A DNA stretch of 38,495 nt from Candidatus Berkelbacteria bacterium (GCA_037127955.1 JBAXXI010000004.1:1-38495); one strand, 5' to 3'; positions 17,255 through 25,807 are shown, counted from the stretch's first letter. Translations and numbers: made by a program. Notes: generated from the sequence alone by a model not told the origin.

Positions 17255-18295
17255 ATGCGAATATTGATTGATTTAAATCATCCGGCCCAGGTTCATTTTT
17301 TTAAGAATTTTATTTGGCAAATGAAAAAACAGGGTCACAAGGTTGTGGTTAGCGCTTACGATAAAGAAGTGGCTTTTAAGCTTTTGAAGTATTACAAAAT
17401 TGATTACGTTAATATGGGTAAATACAGCAAAAGTTCCTGGCGAAAACTGATTGATTTGGTTCGAAAAGACTGGAAATTGTTTTTTTTGGCCAGAAAATTT
17501 AACCCAGATATTTTGATGGGTCTTGGTTCGATTAATGCCGCACATATCGGGTGGATTTTGAATAAACCCAGTCTGATTTTTGATGACGACGAATATTCCT
17601 ACCCATTTTACAAGGCTTTTACTAACCATATTTATGGTTTTTCCGGGTTTAAAATCAAAGGGTCGAAAATTCAAAAAATTGCGGGGTTTAAGGAAATTGC
17701 TTATTTGCACTCTGATTATTTTAAGCCTGATCAGGCAGTTTTGAAGGAGTTGGACTGTGAAAAACAGGATTTCTTTATCATTCGATTAGTGGCTTGGCAA
17801 TCAGGTCATGATATCGGTAAAACAGGTTTGAGTGTTGAGTCAGTTATAAAATTAGTCGATATTTTAAAGAAAAAAGGTAAAGTTCTAATTTCTTCGGAAA
17901 AGCCGTTGCCAGTTGAATTATTGCCGTATGGTATAAAAATAGCGCCTGAGAGGCTCCATAGTGCCCTGTATTACGCCAAAATGTTGATCTGTGATTCTCA
18001 GACGATGGCCACTGAGGCGGCAGTTCTAGGCACACCTGTGGTTCGATGTAATTCTTGGGTTGGGGTGAATGATATGGGTAATTTTGTTGAGCTCGAGAAG
18101 AAATATGGTTTAATGTATTCTTTTAACAATGCTGACCTGGCGATTGATAAGGTTTGCGAGTTGTTGAAACAGCCTGATTTAAAGAAGGATTGGCAGGCCA
18201 AACAGGTTAAATTATTTACTGATAAGGTTAATGTAACAAAGAAGATGATTGAGTTAGTAGAAAAAATTGAAAAGGGTCATACCTTTACTTTCTAA
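17255..18295 (+). CDS. DUF354-family protein (GT-B / 2-epimerase-like fold, function unknown)
   Basis: The N-terminus MRILIDLNHPAQVHFFKNFIWQMKKQGHKV matches the characteristic DUF354 start. ATG 17255 follows AAGG; the ORF is open from TTG 17240. Confidence 0.7.
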   Translation: MRILIDLNHPAQVHFFKNFIWQMKKQGHKVVVSAYDKEVAFKLLKYYKIDYVNMGKYSKSSWRKLIDLVRKDWKLFFLARKFNPDILMGLGSINAAHIGWILNKPSLIFDDDEYSYPFYKAFTNHIYGFSGFKIKGSKIQKIAGFKEIAYLHSDYFKPDQAVLKELDCEKQDFFIIRLVAWQSGHDIGKTGLSVESVIKLVDILKKKGKVLISSEKPLPVELLPYGIKIAPERLHSALYYAKMLICDSQTMATEAAVLGTPVVRCNSWVGVNDMGNFVELEKKYGLMYSFNNADLAIDKVCELLKQPDLKKDWQAKQVKLFTDKVNVTKKMIELVEKIEKGHTFTF

Positions 18296-18361
18296 TTTTC
18301 TTTGTTATGATTTAAATAAGTTATACAAAAGAGATAGATATTCTTTCTCGAGGTTTTAGTT

Positions 18362-19201
18362 ATGTCGCAAATTGCTGAAAAAACTTATTACGAAATAAAG
18401 CCGCCAAAAGGTCTGGTCCATATTGATCTAAAAGAAATTTGGGCTTATCGAGAACTCTTATATATTTTTGTATGGCGTGATATCAAAGTCCGTTATAAGC
18501 AAACGGCGGTCGGGGTAATGTGGGCGATTTTTCAACCATTTTTTACCATGTTGATCTTTACAATCTTTTTTGGCCGTTTTGCTAAAATGCCTTCAGATGG
18601 AGTGCCTTACCCGATTTTTGTTTATGCTGGCCTTTTACTTTGGAATTATTTTTCCAATGCTTTAAGTAGTGCGAGTGATTCCTTGATTGTCAGTGAAGGT
18701 ATCATTAAAAAAGTTTATTTTCCAAGGTTAATTTTACCTTTATCAACTACAGTTACTCCGGTTTTTGACTTTTTCTTAGCCTTAGTTGTTCTCTTTGGTT
18801 TAATGATTTTTTACCATTTTACACCTCATTTTCTAGGTATTATTTTGATCCCTTTATTATTATTAATCTCTTTATTGAGTGCTTGGGGGCTTGGTGTATT
18901 TTTGGCATCGGTGAACGTTAAATACAGAGATGTTCGGTACATTTTGCCATTTTTTATTCAGATTATGTTGTTTTTAACACCAGTGATTTATCCGATCAGT
19001 ATCATACCAGCTAAATACCAATGGTTGATTTATTTAAACCCGATGGCTGGAGTGATTCAAACCGCTAGAACTACGCTTTTGGGTGGTGGCTCGGTTGATT
19101 GGCAAATTCTTTCTATGAGTTTTGGGATCAGTTTAATTTTGGTGATTGGTGGTATTTATTTCTTTAGAAAAACTGAGCGATTTTTCGCCGATATACTTTA
19201 A
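18362..19201 (+). CDS. wzm: ABC-2 type polysaccharide/teichoic-acid export permease (Wzm/TagG-like)
   Basis: 279 aa with about 6 TM segments. LLYIFVWRDIKVRYKQTAVGVMWAIFQPF is the ABC-2 signature region. SD GAGGT lies before the ATG. Confidence 0.85.
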   Translation: MSQIAEKTYYEIKPPKGLVHIDLKEIWAYRELLYIFVWRDIKVRYKQTAVGVMWAIFQPFFTMLIFTIFFGRFAKMPSDGVPYPIFVYAGLLLWNYFSNALSSASDSLIVSEGIIKKVYFPRLILPLSTTVTPVFDFFLALVVLFGLMIFYHFTPHFLGIILIPLLLLISLLSAWGLGVFLASVNVKYRDVRYILPFFIQIMLFLTPVIYPISIIPAKYQWLIYLNPMAGVIQTARTTLLGGGSVDWQILSMSFGISLILVIGGIYFFRKTERFFADIL

Positions 19202-19227
19202 TTAATGAATCAAATATTATAGGTTAG

Positions 19228-19246
19228 TGAATCGATCGCGGAAATT
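19228..19246 (+). repeat. Copy of the TGAATCG..CGCGGAAATT intergenic motif (wzm-wzt spacer)
   Basis: TGAATCGATCGCGGAAATT. It shares ATCGCGGAAATT with 29971-29982, 36128-36139 and 36195-36206. Confidence 0.6.
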
Positions 19247-19263
19247 TTAACTTTATTAAAATT

Positions 19264-20523
19264 ATGGCTAAGAAAAAATCAGAGACAATGATTAAAATTG
19301 AAAAGATTAGTAAGCGATATATGATTGGTCGCAATGAATCGTATTATTCTTTGCGCGATCAAATTGCCAATTTTTTTTCGTTTAAAAAAAGACCAAAATC
19401 AGAAGAATTTTGGGCGCTAAAAAATATTAATCTTGAGATTAAAAAAGGTGAAACAATCGGGATTATTGGTCGTAATGGGGCAGGCAAAAGTACTCTTTTA
19501 AAAGTTCTATCGCAAATTACGCCGCCAACCACCGGTCGAATTCAAATGCATGGCCGAGTAGCCTCATTGCTTGAGGTGGGGACTGGGTTTCATCCTGAAT
19601 TAACCGGCCGTGAGAATATTTTTCTTAACGGTGCAATTTTAGGCATGAGTCGGGCTGAAATTAAGCGTAAATTTGATGATATTGTGGCATTTGCTGAGAT
19701 TGGGAGTTTTCTTGATACACCAGTCAAAAAATACTCAAGTGGGATGTATGTTAGATTAGCTTTTGCGGTTGCGGCTCACCTTGAGCCAGAAATTTTAATC
19801 GTTGACGAGGTTTTGGCGGTTGGAGATGCTAAATTTCAGAAAAAAAGTTTAGGTAAAATGTCAGATATCGCTCATGAAGGGCGAACCGTTATTTTTGTCA
19901 GTCATAATATGGCTTCGATTAAAGCGCTTTGCTCTAGAGCGATTGTTTTAGAGCACGGTAAAAAAGTTTTTGATGGCGATACCTTAAGTGCTGTTGGTCG
20001 TTATGAAGGTCGGGATAAGGGAAAAAGATCAGTGATTGAATGGACAAAAACAACGGCGCCAAGGTTAAAATCTGCCAGATTATTAGAAGTTGGTATTTTA
20101 AGTGATAATCAAAACGTGGGTGTCGATCTTTCTAGTGAAAAACCAATTCAGGTTTATATTAAATTTGAAATGACTAGTGATGAAGATGAGATTGGTGCAA
20201 CTGTGGATTTGTTTAATGAGAACGGAGATGTTATTTTTAGTTCAATTGGTAACAATGAACCTGATTGGCATATGAAAAAAAGACCAAAAGGTGTTTATGT
20301 CAGTACTTGTGAGATTCCGGCCAATATTTTAAGAGATGGACCTTATTCTGTTTCGATTTTGCTTTGGTCTGGTTTTTATGAAGATAGTATTCGTGAAGAA
20401 GGAGTCTTAAATTTTAATATTCACGAGGAAGGCTTGATTCAGGGTGATTATCCTCGGGGTGGGGTCGGGATTATTAATCCATTGTTAAAATGGACATCAG
20501 TTAAAATAAAAGATAAAAAATAA
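19264..20523 (+). CDS. wzt: ABC exporter ATPase with C-terminal glycan-binding-type domain (Wzt/TagH-like)
   Basis: Walker A GRNGAGKST, signature YSSGMYVRLAFA, Walker B ILIVDE. An extension of about 160 aa (from about 20040) resembles Wzt C-terminal beta-sandwich domains. Alternative start at ATG 19288. Confidence 0.85.
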   Translation: MAKKKSETMIKIEKISKRYMIGRNESYYSLRDQIANFFSFKKRPKSEEFWALKNINLEIKKGETIGIIGRNGAGKSTLLKVLSQITPPTTGRIQMHGRVASLLEVGTGFHPELTGRENIFLNGAILGMSRAEIKRKFDDIVAFAEIGSFLDTPVKKYSSGMYVRLAFAVAAHLEPEILIVDEVLAVGDAKFQKKSLGKMSDIAHEGRTVIFVSHNMASIKALCSRAIVLEHGKKVFDGDTLSAVGRYEGRDKGKRSVIEWTKTTAPRLKSARLLEVGILSDNQNVGVDLSSEKPIQVYIKFEMTSDEDEIGATVDLFNENGDVIFSSIGNNEPDWHMKKRPKGVYVSTCEIPANILRDGPYSVSILLWSGFYEDSIREEGVLNFNIHEEGLIQGDYPRGGVGIINPLLKWTSVKIKDKK

Positions 20524-20541
20524 TTTCAAAAAAGGTTTTAT

Positions 20542-21273
20542 ATGGCTATACATTGGATTGATCCAGCGAAATTACTTGATACCGCTAAAAGCAAGTTTTT
20601 GCCAACCAATATTATTTTAGATATTTGTTGTGGTATTCACCCTCAAGAATACCAGAAAGCCTTGGTTCATATTTGTGCCGAGCCTTTTGACCAGTATGTC
20701 GATAAATTGCAAGAAAAAATTGCCTTGCGAGATGATCGTCAATTCGTTATTATTCGGGCTGGTTGGGAAGAAATCGTCAAATTAATGCCGCCGAAATCGG
20801 TTGATACAGTTTATTTATTAGATATTATTGAGCATTTACCAAAAGCACTCGGCCGTCGTTTACTTAAAAAAACCGAGCAAATTGCCAGAAAACAGGTTAT
20901 TACTTTTATGCCAATTGGTTTTATGCCAGAGGATTTTCCTGGTAAAGATGCTTGGGGTTTTGATGGTGGCCAGCGTCAAACTCATCGATCAGGTTGGGAG
21001 TTGAAAGATTTCGATAAGACCTGGGAAATTTATGCTTCAAAAAAGTTTCATCATGCTCAAGATTATGAGACTTCTAAAAAAATGTTTGGTGCTTTTTTTG
21101 CGGTTAAAACCATGCCTGGTGCTACCGAAGACAAGGTTCAAAATAAACTTTGGTTGGTCTGGAATACTATTGTTTTAAGCCCTGTTTTAAGCGAAATTTG
21201 TCTTTTTCCGTTAAATATGGCAATTAAATTATCAAGATTGATTCGTCAAATTAAAAAGAAATTAAAAGGATAA
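20542..21273 (+). CDS. Class I SAM-dependent methyltransferase-like protein, paralog 1
   Basis: ILDICCGIHPQ (motif I-like), VDTVYLLDIIEHLP. 243 aa with a hydrophobic C-terminal segment. Confidence 0.5.
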   Translation: MAIHWIDPAKLLDTAKSKFLPTNIILDICCGIHPQEYQKALVHICAEPFDQYVDKLQEKIALRDDRQFVIIRAGWEEIVKLMPPKSVDTVYLLDIIEHLPKALGRRLLKKTEQIARKQVITFMPIGFMPEDFPGKDAWGFDGGQRQTHRSGWELKDFDKTWEIYASKKFHHAQDYETSKKMFGAFFAVKTMPGATEDKVQNKLWLVWNTIVLSPVLSEICLFPLNMAIKLSRLIRQIKKKLKG

Positions 21274-21275
21274 AA

Positions 21276-22007
21276 ATGGCTATACATTGGACTGATCCAA
21301 AAAAATTACAAGAATTAGCTCAGAGCAAAATGGTGCCAGCCAATATTATTTTAGATATAGGCTGTGGAATTCAACCTCAGACTTATCAAAAAGCGATTGT
21401 TCATATTTGTGCTGAACCTTTCGGCCAATATGTTAAGAAGCTTCAAGAATTAGTAGCTAACCGAGTTGATCAACAGTTTGTAGTGATTAATGCGGATTGG
21501 GCCTCGGTCATCAAATTAATCCCGCCGAAATCAGTTGATTCAATTTATATTTTAGATGTGATTGAACATTTGCCTAAGGCTGAAGGTCGAAGATTGCTCA
21601 AACAAACCGAGAAATTAGCTCGTAAACAAATTATTCTTTTTACTCCGGTTGGTTTTATGCCACAGCATTGTGTTGGCAAGGATGCTTGGGGTTTAGGTGG
21701 AGTTCAAAATCAAGAGCATTTATCTGGTTGGGAACCGAAAGAGTTTGATAAAACTTGGGATATTTATGCAGCTAAAAATTTCCATTTAGCTTGGGATTAT
21801 GAGGTTTCAAAAAAGAAATATGGTGCCTTTTTTGCTATTAAAAATATCGATAAAACTGTTAACCCTGTGGCTCTAAAATTATTTGAGGTTTGGAATACGG
21901 TTGTTTTAGATCTTAACTTGAGTTATTTTTGTTTATTACCGCTTCGATTTGCCGTTAAAATATCGAGATTGATTCGTCAGGCTAAAAAGAAATTAAGACG
22001 AAAGTAA
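21276..22007 (+). CDS. Class I SAM-dependent methyltransferase-like protein, paralog 2
   Basis: Same length (243 aa) and collinear with the previous ORF: MAIHWTDP.., ILDIGCGIQPQ, VDSIYILDVIEHLP. Confidence 0.5.
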   Translation: MAIHWTDPKKLQELAQSKMVPANIILDIGCGIQPQTYQKAIVHICAEPFGQYVKKLQELVANRVDQQFVVINADWASVIKLIPPKSVDSIYILDVIEHLPKAEGRRLLKQTEKLARKQIILFTPVGFMPQHCVGKDAWGLGGVQNQEHLSGWEPKEFDKTWDIYAAKNFHLAWDYEVSKKKYGAFFAIKNIDKTVNPVALKLFEVWNTVVLDLNLSYFCLLPLRFAVKISRLIRQAKKKLRRK

Positions 22008-22016
22008 CCTAAAATC

Positions 22017-23204
22017 ATGAAAATTTTATTTGTAGCGATGGGTGAAAGCATCCATACTGAACGTTGGATTTCCCAAATTTCAGATCAAAATTGGGAGATT
22101 CATCTTGCTCCGAGTACTTATTCGAGTTCAAGACGTCGTCAGATTAAAAACGTATTTTTTCATACGGATTTTAAGGTAGTTAAAGATAAAAAATCTGGTT
22201 TAGCCAGATATACTGGTTTAAATTTGTTTGTTAACCGTATTATAACTTTGTTTAAAGTCTGTCGCGATAAAATTTGGCCTGATTACCGGGCTCAGCAACT
22301 AAATCGATTAATTAAACAAATTAAACCTGATATTATCCATTCTTTGGAGTTCCAGTCAGCCGGATATTTAGTCAGTCGGGCTAAGCAACTTTATGACAGT
22401 GGCCAGTTTCCAAAATGGATTGCAACTAACTGGGGTAATGATATTTATTTTTTTGCTCGATTTAAGGATCATCAAGCCAAAATTAAAACTTTACTAGAAA
22501 CTTGTGATTATTATTCTTGTGAATGTAATCGTGATGTTTGTTTGGCAAAAAATCATGGTTTTAAGGGTAAGGTTTTACCGGTCTATCCAAATACCGGCGG
22601 TTTTGATTTAAAAAAAGTTTGGTCGTGGCGTCAAAAAGGTTTAACCTCTCAACGAAGAATTATTTTAATCAAGGGTTACCATGGTATTTTTGGTCGGGCA
22701 CTTTTGGCTCTGAAGGCGTTAGAACAGTGTGTTGATGTTTTATCTGGTTATAAAATTGTTTTTTATTCGGTTGATAATAAATCTGTTTTGATTCCAGCGA
22801 TTAAAGATTTTACTTTGAAAACTGGTGTGCCGGTGGAAATCGTGCCTTATGGTTCATCGCATGAGAAAATTCTGAGAATGCATGGGAAAGCTAGAATTTC
22901 AATTGGTCTAAATGTCTCTGACGGAGTTAGCACAGCATTTTTAGAGGCCTTGGTGATGGGTTCTTTTCCGGTTCAATCAAATACGGCTTGTGTTGACGAA
23001 TGGATTGAAAATGGTCAGACTGGTATGATCGTACCTCCAGAAAATATTAAAAAAATCGCCCAGGCTATCAGATTAGCTTTAACCGATAATTCAATGGTGG
23101 ACGCAGGTGTTAAAAAAAACTGGCAAACAGCTAAAAAAAGGTTAGATTATCTTTTTCTGAAAAATAAAACCGTTAAGTTTTACAATGAAGTGGCCAAAAA
23201 TTGA
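22017..23204 (+). CDS. GT4-like glycosyltransferase, paralog A
   Basis: MKILFVAMGESIHTERW.., CDYYSCECNRDVCLAKN, and C-terminal STAFLEALVMGSFPVQSNTACVDEWIENGQTGMIV (E-x7-E region). Confidence 0.65.
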   Translation: MKILFVAMGESIHTERWISQISDQNWEIHLAPSTYSSSRRRQIKNVFFHTDFKVVKDKKSGLARYTGLNLFVNRIITLFKVCRDKIWPDYRAQQLNRLIKQIKPDIIHSLEFQSAGYLVSRAKQLYDSGQFPKWIATNWGNDIYFFARFKDHQAKIKTLLETCDYYSCECNRDVCLAKNHGFKGKVLPVYPNTGGFDLKKVWSWRQKGLTSQRRIILIKGYHGIFGRALLALKALEQCVDVLSGYKIVFYSVDNKSVLIPAIKDFTLKTGVPVEIVPYGSSHEKILRMHGKARISIGLNVSDGVSTAFLEALVMGSFPVQSNTACVDEWIENGQTGMIVPPENIKKIAQAIRLALTDNSMVDAGVKKNWQTAKKRLDYLFLKNKTVKFYNEVAKN

Positions 23205-24394
23205 AAATACTACTTTATACACCATATCTACCTAGCGACAAGAACTCTGGCGGTCTAATGACTAGACAGATGTGCCAGGTTCTATCGGATCGAGGTCATG
23301 AAATTTGTATTGTGGCTGCCAGCACTCGACGGGCGCAGATTTTATTATCGTCAAAATTGAAAAAACTGGTTCATAAAGAGTTTTACCGGATTAATGATAT
23401 TGTTATCCCGAATAATTGGTTATTTTCAAAGTTTTTAAATCGATTGATCAATTGGCTCCAAGAATTGTATCTAAATTTTATAATAAATCCACAAGTAATT
23501 TCCTTTGCTCGTAAAAATAGAGTCGATTGTATTTGGTCAATTTTACAGGGTAAAAGTATGATTGTTTCAACATGGAATATTGTTCGAAAGTTAAATATTC
23601 CTTTGGTCACTCAGGTTTGGGATGACCCAAACTGGGTATTAATGAATAGTGGTTTAGATTTAGTTGTACAAAAAGATTTGTTTAAAAAGTTCGATTATTT
23701 GATTGCGTCAAGTCAGGTTTGCGCCACAGCTTCTTGGCAGATGAGCAAGCAATATGAGAAAAAATATAAGGTAAAAACTATACCGATTGTGGCTCCTGGA
23801 GACAAAAAATTATCTAAAAAATTTCGAAAAATGAATGTTCGACAAATACACATTGCTTTAGCAGGGCAGCTTTATGCTCAAACGGAGTGGCAAGCTCTAG
23901 TCCAGGCATTGTCTAACCAGAATTGGTTTGTTTTAGGTAAACCAGTTAAATTGCATTTATTTGGTCATTTTTTGAAAAATGATTTTAACAAAGATTTACC
24001 AATCGAGCTTCATAGTTACAAAAGTCAAACAAAATTAATCGAATTATTGTCAGATATGGATATTTGTTATTGCCCTTATTGGTTTGACCGAAGTTTTGAG
24101 GCCGTGGCTAAAACAAGTTTTCCGAGTAAAATTACTTCTTACTTAGTGTCGGGTCGTCCGGTTTTGTTTCATGGTCCCAAATATGCTTCGCCGGCCGTGT
24201 TTATCGAAGAAAATGGTTGTGGCGTTTGTTGCTATTCACTTGAGTCTCAAGATATTATTAAAGCTATTGAAGCAATAATTCAATCTCCGGCTGAATATAA
24301 AAAATTAGTAAAAAATGGTCGACAAGCTTTCCTGAAATACTTAACCTTAAATAATTTTGAGTCAAGCGTTAAAGAGTTGTTTAGTTTTAAATAA
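23201..24394 (+). CDS. Putative GT-B glycosyltransferase
   Basis: MKILLYTPYLPSDKNSGG start, C-terminal SFPSKITSYLVSGRPVLFHGP. TTG start within a TTGA overlap with the upstream stop. Confidence 0.5.
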   Translation: MKILLYTPYLPSDKNSGGLMTRQMCQVLSDRGHEICIVAASTRRAQILLSSKLKKLVHKEFYRINDIVIPNNWLFSKFLNRLINWLQELYLNFIINPQVISFARKNRVDCIWSILQGKSMIVSTWNIVRKLNIPLVTQVWDDPNWVLMNSGLDLVVQKDLFKKFDYLIASSQVCATASWQMSKQYEKKYKVKTIPIVAPGDKKLSKKFRKMNVRQIHIALAGQLYAQTEWQALVQALSNQNWFVLGKPVKLHLFGHFLKNDFNKDLPIELHSYKSQTKLIELLSDMDICYCPYWFDRSFEAVAKTSFPSKITSYLVSGRPVLFHGPKYASPAVFIEENGCGVCCYSLESQDIIKAIEAIIQSPAEYKKLVKNGRQAFLKYLTLNNFESSVKELFSFK

Positions 24395-25807
24395 ATGAAA
24401 AAAATCTTATTTGTAGCAAGAACAGAAAGTATCCATACCAGAAGATGGCTAGCCCAATTGGCTGGTCAAAATTGGGAAATTCATATTTTTCCGAGTACTA
24501 AATTTGATTTGTCTCGTTGGGAGATTAAGAATGCGATCATTCATTATGATCGATTTCCGCAAAAATACCGAAAAAATCAAAAAATCGCTAAAGAAAAATT
24601 GAGTTTTAAAGAATTATTAAAGCGGCGGTTTGATTTATTGATTTCGATTATTGGCCAGAGAATTAATCATGATTATCAAGTTGACCGTCTAAACCGAGTG
24701 ATTGATCAAATTAAGCCTGATCTAATCCACTCGATGGAGATTCAAAATGCCGGTTACTTGGTATCTGAAGCCAAAAAGAAATATAAAGGTCAATTTCCAG
24801 TTTGGTTGGCCACTAATTGGGGCGGGGATATCATGTTTTTTAGCCAGTGGCCGGAGCATAAAAGCAAGATTCAATCTGTTATAGACCAATGTGATTATTT
24901 TTCTTGTGAATGCTCTCGAGATGTCTGTTTGGCTAAAAATATGGGGTTGACAGGGAAAGCCTGGCCGGTTTTTCCGACTACTGGCGGGTTTGATTTAGCT
25001 AAAATTAAATCTTGGCGCAAACCTCTAAAACAAAGAAAAATGATTATGGTTAAGGGCTACCAAGGTTTATTTGGGCGGGCGGTTTTGGCACTTGAGGCTT
25101 TAGTAAAATGCCAAGATTTATTAACGGATTATCAAATTGTTGTTTATTCGGCTGAACCAGGCTCCTTAACCATTGACAAGGCTCAGGTATTAAGAAATAT
25201 TGGTATGGATGTCAAAATTTTACCACTTGAAACATCTCATGACAGGATATTAAAGTATCATGGTCAGGCTAGGTTTTCGATTGGTTTGAGTGTTAGTGAT
25301 GGTATTAGTACGTCGTTTTTGGAGGCTTTGGCCATGGGTTCTTTTCCGATTCAATCAAACACTTCTTGCGCCAATGAATGGGTGGAAAGTGGTAAAACAG
25401 GGATGATTGTGCCGACAGAAGATTTGCCGGTTATAATTAAGTCGATTAAAACTGCATTGACTGATGATAAATTATTGGTTGAATCAGCTCGGAAAAATTG
25501 GCAAACAGCAAAAAAAAGACTAGATTCGAAAGATTTAACCTTAAAAACGATTTCTTTGTACCAAGATATTTTTGATGCTAACATGAAAATAATTATGCCA
25601 AAAAGTCAGAATATTAAGAAATATTTTATCGAGGCTTTCCTGATTTTATGGATTTTAGGCACTTTTTTAGTTTGGTGGTTTTTGAGTGAAATTGTCGAAT
25701 CTCCTTGGGGTAAATTTGTACCAAAAAAAATTCGTCAAACTACCTTAAAGGTTGAAAAGTGGTTTTGGCCTGATTCTTGGAAAGATTATCTTTATATTCA
25801 AAAATGA
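24395..25807 (+). CDS. GT4-like glycosyltransferase, paralog B, with an extra C-terminal TM segment
   Basis: Collinear with 22017-23204: KILFVARTESIHTRRW.., CDYFSCECSRDVCLAKN, STSFLEALAMGSFPIQSNTSCANEWVESGKTGMIV. Adds a hydrophobic tail, IEAFLILWILGTFLVWWFL. Confidence 0.65.
   Translation: MKKILFVARTESIHTRRWLAQLAGQNWEIHIFPSTKFDLSRWEIKNAIIHYDRFPQKYRKNQKIAKEKLSFKELLKRRFDLLISIIGQRINHDYQVDRLNRVIDQIKPDLIHSMEIQNAGYLVSEAKKKYKGQFPVWLATNWGGDIMFFSQWPEHKSKIQSVIDQCDYFSCECSRDVCLAKNMGLTGKAWPVFPTTGGFDLAKIKSWRKPLKQRKMIMVKGYQGLFGRAVLALEALVKCQDLLTDYQIVVYSAEPGSLTIDKAQVLRNIGMDVKILPLETSHDRILKYHGQARFSIGLSVSDGISTSFLEALAMGSFPIQSNTSCANEWVESGKTGMIVPTEDLPVIIKSIKTALTDDKLLVESARKNWQTAKKRLDSKDLTLKTISLYQDIFDANMKIIMPKSQNIKKYFIEAFLILWILGTFLVWWFLSEIVESPWGKFVPKKIRQTTLKVEKWFWPDSWKDYLYIQK

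Noticed and set aside
17273-17710. 145-aa minus-strand ORF inside the DUF354 gene. There are many other 60-86-aa minus-strand ORFs: 4636-4851, 5851-6036, 11259-11474, 13128-13310, 17844-18035, 17998-18201, 23383-23610, 25351-25584, 27768-27989, 28184-28375, 28747-28929, 29084-29266, 30175-30435, 32284-32478 and 33754-33978.
   Set aside because: Almost all lie antisense within well-supported + strand genes with clear family motifs; 27768-27989 and 28747-28929 also run across short intergenic gaps. They have no SD sites and low-complexity, atypical composition. These are shadow ORFs expected in AT-rich DNA.
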